Positions 25,510 to 37,327 of a stretch of 64,000 bases of DNA are shown here, one piece after another. The translations under genes and the position numbers were made by a program. The first letter of the stretch is position 1, and each line of letters opens with the position of its first letter. This stretch comes from Hyaloraphidium curvatum SAG 235-1. Taxonomy: Eukaryota; Fungi; Monoblepharomycota. The notes beneath the pieces are model-generated. The model ran no database searches and was not told the origin of the DNA. It saw only the letters and a program-made list of their open reading frames with translations. The stretch covers positions 62,001 through 126,000 of the forward strand of contig JAIVFI010000037.1 in the NCBI GenBank assembly GCA_025558095.1. Reading direction: 5' to 3'.

Positions 25510-26675
25510 ATGCCCGACGGCGGCTCCGCGATGGCGCCGACGCCCCTGCGGCAGACGCCTCCGCCGTGCGCGCCCGACGCGCGCCCGCCGCCCGCGCGGC
25601 TCGGGCCGTGGCGGCTGACCGGCCGCGCGCTCGGCGCGGGCTCGTTCGGCACGGTGTTCGAGGCGGTCCACCGCCAGACCGGCCAGCGCGCCGCCGTCAA
25701 GCGCGCTCGCCTCGCGTCGCCCGAGGCAAAGGCCGAGCTGGACGCGCTGGCGGCGGTGGCCGGGCACCCCAACGTCGTCGCCCTCCTGGGAGCCTTCGAC
25801 GCCGGCGACCACACGTACATCGTGCTCGAGCACATCGACGGCACCGAGCTGTTCCACGCCGTCGCGCGCGCGGGCGGCAAGCTCCCCGAGCCCGCCGTGC
25901 GCGCCGTGCTGCGGCAGGTGCTCGCGGCCCTCGCGCACGTGCACTCCCGCGGATGGCTGCACCGCGACGTCAAGCTGGACAACATCATGGTGTCCGCCGA
26001 CGGCGGCGTGAAGCTGATCGACTTTGGCCTGGCGTGCCGGTACGGCCCCGGCACCGTGTTCCGCGAGGCCGTGGGCTCGGTGCGCTACGCCGCCCCCACG
26101 GTGCTCGAGTACATGGTCGCCGAGGTGCCCTATACCCCCGACGGTGAGCGCCGCGCCCTCGTTCCCATCCTGTATACGGCCCTGACCTCCCTCCGCCGTT
26201 GCTAGGAGGCTGGATCGACGTCTACGCCGCCGCCGTCTGCCTCTGGGGCGCCCTGCACGGCGTCTTCCCGCACCGCCCCTCGCTCCCCCGCCCCCTCTTC
26301 ATGGACATCCTGGCCGCGCACTCCTCCGGCCCCCTCCGCCTCCCGTCGCCGCCGGGTGCCACCGCCTCCCGCGAGGCATCTGCATGCTGCGCGGCGCTGA
26401 TGGACTGCCGCGCACGGCCGACGGCAGAGGAGGCGCTGGCCCACCCGTGGCTTTCCGGCATCCACCCGGGGAGGACTTCGGACTCGAGTTCGGGCTCGGA
26501 CGGGCGGACGGAAGCCAGGGACAAGCCCCTCCCCGCGCTCCCCCGCGCCGGAACGCCGCTGCGGGGGTGGTTCCGCCGCAAGCGCGAGGACGGGCGGGGG
26601 AGCCAGTCCCCGAGCCCGTCTCCCGGACCGGGGCAGGGGACGCTGGGTAGGGCGGGGGTGGCTGCGGCGTCGTGA
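25510..26675 (+). CDS. Ser/Thr protein kinase, paralogue of 17832-18950
   Basis: GAGSFG, AAVK, HRDVKLDN, DFG, GSVRYAAPTVLE and LMDC..RPTAEEALAHPWL. One intron ~26144-26205. Confidence 0.92.
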
Positions 26676-27655
26676 TGGACGGAGGGGGGCTGGGGATGCA
26701 CGGAACGTAATGCCAGGCGGAAGGTGTCGGGGTGCGGGGGGCCTTTGGATGGGGCGGCGATGGGATGGTATACCTGCTTTATCACGCTGTGGTGCACTAG
26801 ATGGGATGTTCAGATTTCGTCTTCCACGCAGGTGCCAGCCCTCTGCGGGGCACCAACGATCGTCCGGGGCGGTCCCGTGACCCCAAGGCCCTCGCGGCGG
26901 CCATGAACGCCCCCGATCTGCTCGGCGGGCATGCACGCGATGATGTCTCCGGCCCGCGAGGAAACAAGTGGACGCTTGCGGGGGTTTTGTCTCGACCGCA
27001 ACCGGGGACGCGCGCGTGGGGACGGTTTCTCGGGGCCGCCGAGGTGTCCGCGGGCCCCGGACCCCGCAGCCCGATTCTATGTGGTCTCTGCTGCACTGGA
27101 AAGCTTCTGACTGCTGTGCAGATAAGCTTCTACAGCTCGGCATCAGTCAGTATGTGCGCGCGGTCTAGCCAGCAATTGACGAAGTGCGGCTTTGCGGAAA
27201 GGTTCTGATCTCTGGATCGATACTTTCGGCATTTATTGCGCTGGCTGGACTTGCTGTTCGGTCGGCCAGTGGAGACCGTCGATCACGAGGAGGAGTCAGT
27301 CAAGGAGTCCGTCAGTCACGGGAAGTCCGTCAGTCAGTCACGTTCAGGCACGCATCCCTGCCAGGCCGATAGCGCCCTTGCGCTGCGTCCCCCCTGGGCC
27401 AGGTGGGCCTGCGATGGAGTACGCGCAGAAGCGGCGGCGCTGACGCGCGGGCGGCGGCCGCCGCCCGTCAGTCACCGAGACGTCGTCTGGCCCAGTTTAC
27501 TCACCGCGGTCCCGAGAGCCTTTGGCCAGCCCGTCTCGTCCCACGGTGCGTCGGCATTGATTCCGTCGCTCGGGAGTTTCCCGCGCGGCCCGGATCTGCA
27601 CCGGGCTGCCGACCGTTTTGGGGGCACGGGGTGCTGACGCCACCGCCACCCTCAG

Positions 27656-28402
27656 ATGCTCCCCCGCTTCGTGCTCCTCGCCGTTGCCGTCCTGGCCTTC
27701 GCTTCCGGCACCGTGGCCCAGAACACCTGCGGCCCACTGCAAACGGAGTGCGACGACAACGCCCACTGCGAGTACCACTACGGCAGCGCGTACTGCTCCT
27801 GCAACTCGGGCTACGAAGGCACTGGCAGGCCCGGCGAGTGCACCGAGATCTACGACCGGCCGCTGTACGCGCTCTGCCGCTCGGGTGCCCAGTGCTGCGG
27901 CAGCCCGTTCACCACCGCCCCCGCCTCGACCCTGCGCGATTGCGAGATCCGGTGCGACTACGACGGCCGGTGCTCGCACCTCGCCTTCCGGGCCGGCACC
28001 GGCGACTGCTTCCTCTACAGCGCCTGCACGGGCTACAAGACCGGCGGGTCGTGGCAGCTGAGCACGCGGGACGCGGATTACTGCCCCTCCCGCTCGGGAT
28101 GCAAGATCGACCTCCGCATCGCCGTCACCCATGCGCCCGTGCGCAGGGGCCAGCATGTCGTCCTCCGTGCGACCGTCACGCGCTCGGACAATGGCCGGGC
28201 TGTCAAGGACGTCAGGATCAACTTCACGGTGCTCGGCAGGTACGGCGCGGGGAGCTCGGTCACCAACCACCAGGGCGTGGCGACGTACAGGTACAAGTAC
28301 CCGCAGAACTACCCGAAGGGGAGGCAGAGGTACACGGCCAGCCACCCTGGTTCATCGGGCACCAACGCGGTGCACGCGGATGGGACCCTGAACGTCAGCT
28401 GA
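27656..28402 (+). CDS. Secreted Cys-rich protein: EGF-like + PAN/apple-like + Ig-like (Big) domains
   Basis: Signal peptide; C..ECDDNAHC...YCSCNSGYEGTG..C; CEIRC...C....F....GDCFLY; VVLRATVT...V.FTV...TNHQGVATY...YTA. Confidence 0.75.
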   Translation: MLPRFVLLAVAVLAFASGTVAQNTCGPLQTECDDNAHCEYHYGSAYCSCNSGYEGTGRPGECTEIYDRPLYALCRSGAQCCGSPFTTAPASTLRDCEIRCDYDGRCSHLAFRAGTGDCFLYSACTGYKTGGSWQLSTRDADYCPSRSGCKIDLRIAVTHAPVRRGQHVVLRATVTRSDNGRAVKDVRINFTVLGRYGAGSSVTNHQGVATYRYKYPQNYPKGRQRYTASHPGSSGTNAVHADGTLNVS

Positions 28403-28506
28403 GGAGGCGCGGACGATGATTTGGCATTTGGGCAACTCTGGACATGGAACCAGGCATGCATCGTCTCCGGCAGCCCTCATTGTATCGAGAATTTAGAGAG
28501 GGGGGG

Positions 28507-28935
28507 GCAATGGAGGGCGTCTCCGTCCCGTACGCCGTTTTCGACGCCTCGGAGAAAACGTGGCGGCCATTCCGTACGGAGCTCGAAGCGCCGGGCGCCG
28601 CGATCCGCGACGCAGTGGCGCGGGAGCGCCCCGGAGAGGCACTCGGCGACCCGCTGGACCGATTCCTCGCCGATTGCAACGCGCTGCTCGACGAGACGTG
28701 CGCAGGCTGCGGCGGCCCTGGCGGTGACTCGGCGAACAGCATCGGCCTGGCAGCGGTGGCCGAGGGCGAGGCGACGGCGGCGAAGTTTTCGCCTACCTGC
28801 ACTTCCGGGCCTACTACTGCGGCGAGAAGCCCTTCTGCGAGGCCGTGGCGACCAGCACGGCCAAGGATGAACTGGCGGCGTTCTTTGACGGCTCGGGAAA
28901 GGGGCATTCGAAGCAGAAGACCGTGGTCCGCGTGC
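28507..28935 (+). pseudogene. Truncated, frameshifted duplicate of the 5' part of the MYND gene at 31653
   Basis: Near-identical to 31650-32076. Carries a 2-nt insertion (aagttttcgcc vs aagttcgcc). Confidence 0.85.
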
Positions 28936-29112
28936 AAAAATGATGTGCCCCCGGCTGCGGTTCCAGAAGGGGCCGAACTGTGACCGCGAGACACACGGCG
29001 CAGCGCCACCGATCCCCCACAACCTAAACAGCGTACAGTGCCGGGACCGGAGATGCCACGGCTTTCCGCATCCTCCTCGGTCCGCAGGCCTGGCGCTGCC
29101 GGGACGCGCCGG

Positions 29113-31550
29113 ATGGCGGCGCTCTGCTGCCTGGCTGTCCTCACCGCCATCCCCCTCGCCGCCGGCGAGCAAGCGGCGCAGGTCTCCGCCGGCGGCGGCT
29201 TCTCGCTCGCGCTGCTGCGCAACGGCACCGTCCGCGCGTGGGGCTCCAACTCCGTCGGGCAGACGGCGGTGCCCTCCGGCCTCGGGGACGCGGTCGCCGT
29301 GGCGGCGGGCAGCTCGCACTCGCTTGCCCTGCTGCGGGACGGCACCGTGCGGAGCTGGGGATCGCTGACCGACGTGCCCGCCGGGCTCGCGGGCGCGGTG
29401 CAGGTGTCCGCGGGCTTCGGGGCGTCGTACGCGCTGCTCGCCGACGGCAGCGTGCGCGGCTGGGGCCCCGAGATGCGCGCATCGTTGGATGCGCTGGCCC
29501 CGGCCAAGCAGATCTCCGCGGGCGACTTCCATGTGCTATCCGTGCGCACCGACGGCTCGATCGCGGGGGCCGGCGCGGACGACTACGGGCAGGCCACCCC
29601 GCCGGCCGGCCTGGGGCGCGCGGTGCAGGTCGCCGCGGGGAACGACTACAGCCTCGCGCTGCTGGCCAGCGGCTCCGTCGTGGCCTGGGGCAGGCAGATC
29701 GACGGGCGCACCTCGGTCCCGCCCGGGCTGGAGGGCGTGGTGCAGGTCGCGGCGGGGAGGTACCACGGCCTCGCGCTGCTCTCCAACGGGACATGCGTGT
29801 CCTGGGGCGACGCGAGGAACGCACCTCCGCCGCAGAGGTTCGCGCAGGTGTCGGCTTCGATCGGGCAGTCCCTGGGCCTGCGCCTCGACGGAGGCGTCGA
29901 AGCCTGGGGGCCGGACGCGTTCGCGGTGCCGGCGGACGTCGCCACCCCGGCTCCGTCGCCCCCAGCGCCTCCGCCGGCTTCTACCGAAGGCAGCTCGGCC
30001 CCGATCGGCGCGATCGTGGGGGGTGTCGTCGGGGGACTGGCTGCCGTCGCGGGCGTCGCCGGGGCCGTCGTCTACGCGCGCAAAAGGTCGCAGAAACCGG
30101 TTCCTGCACCGGAAAAGGGGGATGCATCGGCAATCGGAGGGGACAAAGGAGCCGGGACTCATGCCAAGGACGACAGCGGCCATCCCGGCGACTTGACTTG
30201 GGGAATCCCGCCCTCCAATGGGGATTCCGCGGCGGCATATGACTCCTACAGGAGCGCCTATCCAGCATCCGACCAGACCTCCCCTCCCCAATTCCAACCC
30301 GCCTTGCCGAAACAAGCAGCGCCGGCTGCGAGAGCGTGGGAGGCTCCGATCGACGCGATCTCGGGCGCTCGTCCTTCCTTTGCCCCCGCCTCATCCAACG
30401 CGGGGTCCAGCACCGCCTTCGGATCTTCCCCGGGGTCGCTGCAAAGCGGACTTGGCGCCGAAACCTTGGCTGTGCCCACGATCGCGAGCAATGGCGGCGG
30501 GCGGTCACCGGCTGTGGCTGCATCATCCACGCCCGCAGTCAGCACTGAACAGCAATCCATCCCATCGGTGCCGGTCGTCACCGAGGTCGCACGGCTCGGA
30601 TCAGACGGCGCGCCCGCGGCGGATGCGCCCCACGCGCAGCAGCAGAGCAAGCTCCTCGTGCCCGCCTCGGACATTGAGATCGACCACTCCAAATCCCTCG
30701 GGCAGGGCACCTTCGGCGCCGTCTACCAGGGCCGGCTCAGGGGCAGCGTCCGCGTGGCGGTCAAGACGCTGAAGGACACGGACGCGGCTGCGGCCGCGGC
30801 GTTCGCCAGGGAGGTGCGCAACTGGGAGGGCCTGGTGCAGCGCAACGGTGGGTCGGTCGCTCGGCTTCGCATCCATCCCGGTGCTGACGGCAGCGCAGTG
30901 ATGCCGCTTATGGCGTACTGCCTCGATCCTCCGATGATGGTCTGCGAGATCGCCGACGGCGGCAACATGCGGCAGTACCTCGGGCGCGCCGGATGGGACC
31001 AGGGCCTGGGCCGCAAGCTCCTGTCCGAGGTGGCCGCGGGCATGACCTACCTGCACTCGGCGCACGTGCTCCACGGGGACCTCAAGTCCGTCAACGTGCT
31101 CGTGGACGGGGGCCGGGCGCTCATCACGGATTTCGGGCTCTCGCGCGTGCGCGCGGACAACGCGGCGAGCGCGACGGTCGGGGGACTGTTCGGCACCCCG
31201 GGGTTCATCGCGCCGGAGCTGATGAACGGAAAGTCGCTGCGGGCCCCCGCGGACGTCTATGCGTTCGGGATGGTCTGCTACGAGGTCGTGAGCAAGGGCC
31301 TGTACCCGTTTCACAACGTCACCAACATCATGGCGCTGATGTACCAGGTGGGTTGTCTCCTCTGCTCTGGTCCGACAGGATGCAATGATGACTGATCCTC
31401 ATGCAGGTTGGCGTGGAGAACAAGAGGCCCGAGAGGCCGGCGGGCGTCCCCGAAGCCATGTGGGCCTTGATGCAAGCGTGCTGGCAGCCGTCGCCCGAAG
31501 AACGACCCAAGATGGAGGCGGTGCGAGACACCCTCGAGGACATGGTCTGA
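29113..31550 (+). CDS. Receptor-like TKL kinase: signal peptide, RCC1-repeat ectodomain, single TM, cytoplasmic kinase
   Basis: About 7 repeats of QVxAGxxHSLALLxxGTVxxWG; TM IGAIVGGVVGGLAAVAGVAGAVVYA-RKR; GQGTFG, VAVK, HGDLKSVNVL, DFG, GTPGFIAPE, DVYAFG and CW...RP. Confidence 0.9.
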
Positions 31551-31652
31551 GCAACGATTTATCTGTCTCTTCGCATACACTTATTACGTGGTTCCGCGGC
31601 TCTGATCCGAGCCCGCGAGTGACGACGTGCACCAACAAATATCGCCGACGCA

Positions 31653-32700
31653 ATGGAGGGCGTCTCGGTCCTGTACGCTGTGTTCGACGCCTCGGGTAAA
31701 ACGTGGCGGCCATTTCGTACGGAGCTCGAAGCGCCGGGCGCCGCGATCCGCGACGCAGTGGCGCGGGAGCGCCCCCGAGAGGCACTCGGCGACCCGCTGG
31801 ACCGATTCCTCGCCGATTGCAACGCGCTGCTCGACGGGACGTGCGCAGGCTGCGGCGGCCCCGGCGGTGACTCGGCGAACAGCATCGGCCTGGCAGCGGT
31901 GGCCGAGGGCGAGGCGACGGCGGCGAAGTTCGCCTACCTGCACTTCCGGGCCTACTACTGCGGCGAGAAGCCCTTCTGCGAGGCCGTGGCGACCCGCACG
32001 GCCAAAGATGAACTCGCGGCGCTCTTTGACGGCTCGGGAAAGGGGCATTCGAAGCAGAAGACCGAGGTCCGTGTGCGGGTGCAGATGCTGGGCCCCCGGA
32101 TGCCCGGGGACGAACACTACCGCATCTTGACCGCGTTCAAGGGCACCGCATTAGTCCCTGTGGATGTGGTGGGAGGCGGGACCCCGACCTCGGCGCCGGC
32201 GCTCAACAGGGCGCGGCAGTGGTGGGCGCCGAAGCCAATAAGTTTTCGGACGAGGCCTTCCGGCGCCGCAGCAACTGGCAGTGCTGCGCTTGCGGACGCG
32301 ATGGGGCGACCACGTATCAGTCGACCATGGGCCTGACGGAGGCGGTGGATGACGAGGGGAAAAGATCCATTTTCGTCGACGCAATGCCGGCTTGCGGCGA
32401 GTTGCCGCACCCCTGCGCGATCGAGATCGAAACCTTTCTCCGGGACGTGACCTCCATCACGAGGGGGCGGACGACGAAGCACCTGGGCGTGGAATGCGCC
32501 TTTTGCTACACGGTTGCGGCGGACAAAACAGACGTTCAAACGGTGCGCGAGGTGCCGGAAGGCCCCGTACTGCAGTACGGTGTGCCAGCGCCAGGACTGG
32601 CCCCGGCACAAGCTCGTTTGCAAGGAGCGATCCGACTCGCCGGCCGAGTCGGCCCTTCCTGGCGGAGCCTCTTAGTCACTCTGATGGATCGGCAAAGCTG
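31653..32700 (+). pseudogene. MYND zinc-finger gene with two apparent frameshifts
   Basis: Frame change near 32210 and again near 32530, between CAFC and KRCARCRKAPYCSTVCQRQDWPRHKLVC. No intron explains either shift. Confidence 0.7.
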
Positions 32701-32918
32701 TGACCTAGTAGCCCCGTCTCGTTACCAGAATTAAATCTCATCCAGATGAAGCTGAAACGGATCGTTGGTTTCTGATCGCTTTCGAGGTCGCCAGTCTTCT
32801 GTTGAAAGCTCGAATCGGTGAACCGCCCCAACCGAGCTTGGCGTCTCTTGCCACGCGCGAGTCAACGCGGGCCTCCTTCAGGACCACACCGACTCTCGGC
32901 GCGCCGGATCCCGCGCAA

Positions 32919-33747
32919 ATGAGGCGCCCGCCGCGGTTACCGAGCTCCGCCGGCCTTTTGGCCGCGCTGCTCGCGCTCCTCCTGGCGCTCGCCCGCGGCG
33001 CGTCCGCGGATAACCTCCTCCACCCCTTCTCGATCTACGTTGAGGGCGGCGCCGAGGAATGTTTCTACCAGGATCTGAAGGAGGGCACCGTGGTTTCGTT
33101 CTTGTTCGAGGCGTCGGAGGGGGAGGACTTTATCGTCCGGGCGTCGGTCAATGGACCGGTGGGGTGGCCGGGCGACGCGTTCCCGCGCGGTCCTGAGCTC
33201 TCCTTTCCCTGACAAATAGGACGGCAAATCAATCTACGACCACGTGGCGCAGGAGGACTTCGTGTCGCACACGGCGACGCAAGCGGGCGAGCACGCGTTC
33301 TGCTTCGGAAACGACATGTCCAACGACCGGAAGAAGGTCAACTTCAACATCCTCGTCGAGGACGACCTGGACGGCGACGGCTCCGACGGCACGCCGGCGC
33401 GGAACCTGACGGGGCTGGCCGAGACGAACCCGGCGCTCGCGGCCACGTTTGCCGCCGTCGGAACGATCACGTCGAGGGTGCAGAACGTGACGCGGCTGCT
33501 GGACGCCCACGCGCTCCGAATGGTGGGTCCCGTCGTCGTCGTGATCCATATTATTGCCCTGATTTCTGCTGTTTAGCACCGACACGCCTACCTAGCCGAA
33601 TCCCTGCTGGAGCGTGTCCAGCGGTACGGCACGGCGCGGGCAGCCGCCGCCGTGGCGTGGGCGGTGGCCTCGGTGCTCGTCATCAGGTCGTTCTTCTCGC
33701 AGCGCGCTTCGTACGTGGGAGGGCGCGCATCCAGGGTTAACATTTGA
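32919..33747 (+). CDS. p24/emp24/gp25L GOLD-domain cargo receptor
   Basis: Signal peptide, EECFYQDL, GEHAFCFGNDMS..KKVNF, coiled coil, TM and cytosolic RSFF tail. Two introns. Confidence 0.85.
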
Positions 33748-33969
33748 GGCGTGCCCGCTGAGCTGGCGGCTAGCCCTCGGGCTGGATCATGCCGGCAGGG
33801 CCGTCGACGTTCGCACAGAGAGCAGTGAGATGCTTGCTGCTGTAGCTTTCGCGACGGATACAAATGGCGACGTCCGAAGATCACCACAACATGATGATCA
33901 GTGTTTGGGCTCGCCGTACCGCACGACCGAAACCGCCGCCAAATTCTCGACAGAGAAAGCTGCACAACC

Positions 33970-35801
33970 ATGCCGCAGCGCACGATCCTCGTGCTTCCAT
34001 TCATTGCCGACTCCGAGGGCGGCAGCTTCGTGCCCGCGGAAGCCGAGACGGTGCGCGGCGACCCCGCGACCGTCTTCCGCCTTGACGGCGTTCGCGGCGG
34101 CGACTACGAGCGGGGCCGCCCGCTGCTCACCAAGCTGATCAACGCCGCTATCCAGTCGGGCCGCACCGCCGTGCGCCAGTTCCGCGGGGGCAGCGTGGCC
34201 TGCGTCGCGTGCGGGAAGCGGTCGCGCGCCGCGACGGCGGACTTCGCCGACGGCCTGCCAATCGAGCTACTACAGCGACCCCACGGCTGGATCCCCCGCG
34301 GCGCCGAGCCCGTGCCTGGCGCGCTGCGGCTGCCCATGATGATGTGGCCATTCTGCCCCGGCAGCGCCGCGTGCTTCGACGCCGCACGGGACGCGATGAA
34401 CGCCCACCGCGTCCTCGTCTTCTTCAGCGATGACACCCCCGACGTGGATCCCACGCAGTACCACCCCACCGAGGCCTCCATCTTCGCCGTGACCCTCGTC
34501 GGCGACGCCGAGTCCCACCTGACCCGGGAACATCCTTACCGCATCCCCACCTCCCTCGCCAGAGGGCGAACTTCCGAGGGGAGTAAGAACAACTCACCCC
34601 TCGTCATGCGCGCCGTCTCCCTGGCTGAAGCACACCTTCGCCAGTCGCTGCTGTCTCTCGGCGCCCCATGCCGCGGATGCGGGGGCCGGCCCGACCCGGG
34701 AGCCACTCTTACCAGTTACTGCGCCGGAAACGGTAAACCTCCAAACCACTGCAGCGTGACCGTACGCGCGGTGCCCAGTTGCACGCAGGCAAAGTGCCGC
34801 GCAGCTGCCGACAGGAAGCTTCGCTCGTGGGCGAAGACCGACGAGTGCCTCTGGGACAATTGCCGAAAGAAAGTGCGATACCCGTGCTCCTACGGGAACT
34901 GCAAGTCGGACGAGCCGGCATCACAGAGGTGCAGCGTATGCAGGATGGCCCGCTATTGTTCTCGGGAGTGCCAGATCGCGGACTACCCGGCCCACAAGTC
35001 GTCCTGCTCGCGCTTGGAGAAGGGCAAGGACGACAAGGAGAACGCTGGTGGAAACCGGGAACGCTCGAGCGGGATGGAGCGCATGGGTGGTCTGCTTGGC
35101 GCGCTGCCTCCTTCCGTCCCGAACCTTAGCGCCGGGAGCCCCGCGCAGGTGCAGGGGATTCGTGCTCCAGCCGCCGTCTCCGCGCTCGTCGGGTCCATGG
35201 CCAGTTCTCCCCTCTTTGCCCAGAGCGGAAGCCGTAAGTTCCTCCTCGGGGGGTCGCAACTTCTTGGCCTCCCCATGGAGGAGCTGCTTGCTTTCGAGGC
35301 TCGGGTTGAGCAGCAGCTTCCGGTGGCAGCGGACGACCTGGCATATCTCGCAGGGTTCGCTCGTTCTGGTCTGCCTGGTCTGCCCGGTGTCTGCCTGATC
35401 GTGGCGTTAGTCAACTCCGCTTGCTCCGGAACCACTTTCAAACACCGTTGGTTGGTCTGGCGTTCGGGACGGACGTGGCACGCAGCAACGCGGACCTCGA
35501 GTTCGCCCCGCGGATGGAGGCGAAGGACATCACCGGCCACATCGCGGCCCTGACCTCGCTGCTCGCACTCCACGACGGGCATTCTGCCGAGGATTGGGCC
35601 CTCGCCTATGCGGACGCGCTGCTGGCGGAGCCCGAGGAGGCGGTGACCGCGCTGCGAATGTTTTCGAGGCTCGAGGAAGGCGGACGCAGTCTGCAGCCCC
35701 TGGTGCTGGTGCACGCGTTCAAAGCCGACGAGGCGGGCTGCGTTGCGCGGGTGGAGAAGTTGGCGAGGGCCTTCGGATTCAATCTCGGTTTGAGGCCGTG
35801 A
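33970..35801 (+). CDS. MYND zinc-finger protein with upstream Cys-rich modules
   Basis: CSYGNC...QRCSVCRMARYCSRECQIADYPAHKSSC. C-terminal exon ends at 35801. Confidence 0.8.
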
Positions 35802-36161
35802 CAGCTCTGGACGTCGAGTAGGCAGCCACGTTCGCCATCTTATGTAGATTCTTGTGTTGTCTTTGGCTTCTTTGCTAAAGCTGATTCGATGGACGTTACC
35901 TTACGCCCATTGAGCTGGACAGGACCGAAGTGAGGGGCGGACGCCAGTAGCAAGACTCCTCGCGGGCGCATACCGCGAAGGCGTTCGTGTCGCGCTGTTT
36001 CTATTTAACGGGGCAACTTTCTCATCTTCAGCCGTTGGGCTGACCGATGCCTTCCGCGTCGGTCCGATTAGGTTGTTGTAGTGGGGCGAGTAGATCAGCT
36101 TGCCTCTGACTCCTCTGAACCAGGACGCGAAACGACCGAACCTGTGCTCGAAGCCTCCGTA

Positions 36162-37327
36162 ATGGACCGCATCCCCGTCACCGTCGTCGGCGCCGGCGTC
36201 TCGGGTCTCACGACAGCGCTGCTGCTGCAGGCGCTGGGCCTTTTCTCCGTCACGGTCGTGTCCGCAGCCTCGCCGGAGCTGCCCGACGGGGACCCCCTCT
36301 ACACCGTGCGTTTCAGCCGCATCCCGCGCGGCGACGCGTCTTAATCATGCTTTTACTTTCAAAACGACAGTCTCCCAAAGCCGGCGCCCACTGGAGAGTC
36401 TCGCTCTCCGATCCCCCGGAAATGCAGAAGTGGCAGGGCGCTGCACTCCGCGACCTCCTCCATCTCGCCTCGCTCGATTCCGGGAAGCGGACCGGCATTT
36501 GGCCCATGACTGACGTGGACTATTGGCGCGTTCGTCCGCCGGCGGACCTCCTTCCGCCGTGGTTCGCCGCGGACGTTTCGGACTACGCCGAAGTCCCCGT
36601 CTCGGAGCTGCCGCCGGACTGCGAGTTCGGGATCGCGTACGTGGGGTTGACCATCAACGTTCACAAGTACCTTTCGTGGTTGCTCGAGTCGTTCAGGAAG
36701 CTGGGAGGCTCCTTGGAGCACCGTCGCGTTGGATCGCTGGCCGAGGCGGTCGGCGATAGGCATTTGGGAAAGGACCTACCAATCGTGGTAAACTGCACCG
36801 GACTCGGCTCGAGGGCGTTTGGCGCGCTTGCGGACAAGGATACCTACCCGACTCGAGGACAGACGGTGGTCGTCCGCGCGCCAAAGGCGTTCAGGACCGT
36901 GACCAAGATCTATGACGAACGGCCTGGGATGCCGTACGATTTTGGCTACGTGATTCCGCGCGACGACGGGACGGCCGTGCTGGGCGGCACCTACCAGGCA
37001 CGCGCGGAAGACCTGGAGCCCTCTGCCGAGACCGCGGACACCATCCTCGCGCGGTGCTTGGAAATCTGCCCCGAATTGCAGGGTTGCGAAGTCTTGGATC
37101 ATCGCGTTGGCCTGCGGCCGACTCGGATCGGCGGGATCCGGATCGACAAGGTTGTCGTGGAGGAGGGTGGGCGTCCGTTCGCGGTTTTCAGCAATTACGG
37201 GCACGGTGGATGCGGCTACCAGACGAGCTACGGCTGTGCGAGGGACGTTTGCGCTCTCGTCCTGGAACACGTCAGGGCCGGCGAGGTCGCGATGGACCTG
37301 GGGGCGTTGCTGAAGGATGTCATCTAG
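36162..37327 (+). CDS. DAO: D-amino acid/D-aspartate oxidase
   Basis: VVGAGVSGLTTA, TSPKAGAHW, VVNCTGLGS, PTRGQ, VGLRP and NYGHGGCGYQTSYG. One intron. Confidence 0.92.

Noticed and set aside
28507-32076. LTR retrotransposon
   Set aside because: The repeats are gene-coding sequence without TG..CA ends, and the interior has no gag or pol.
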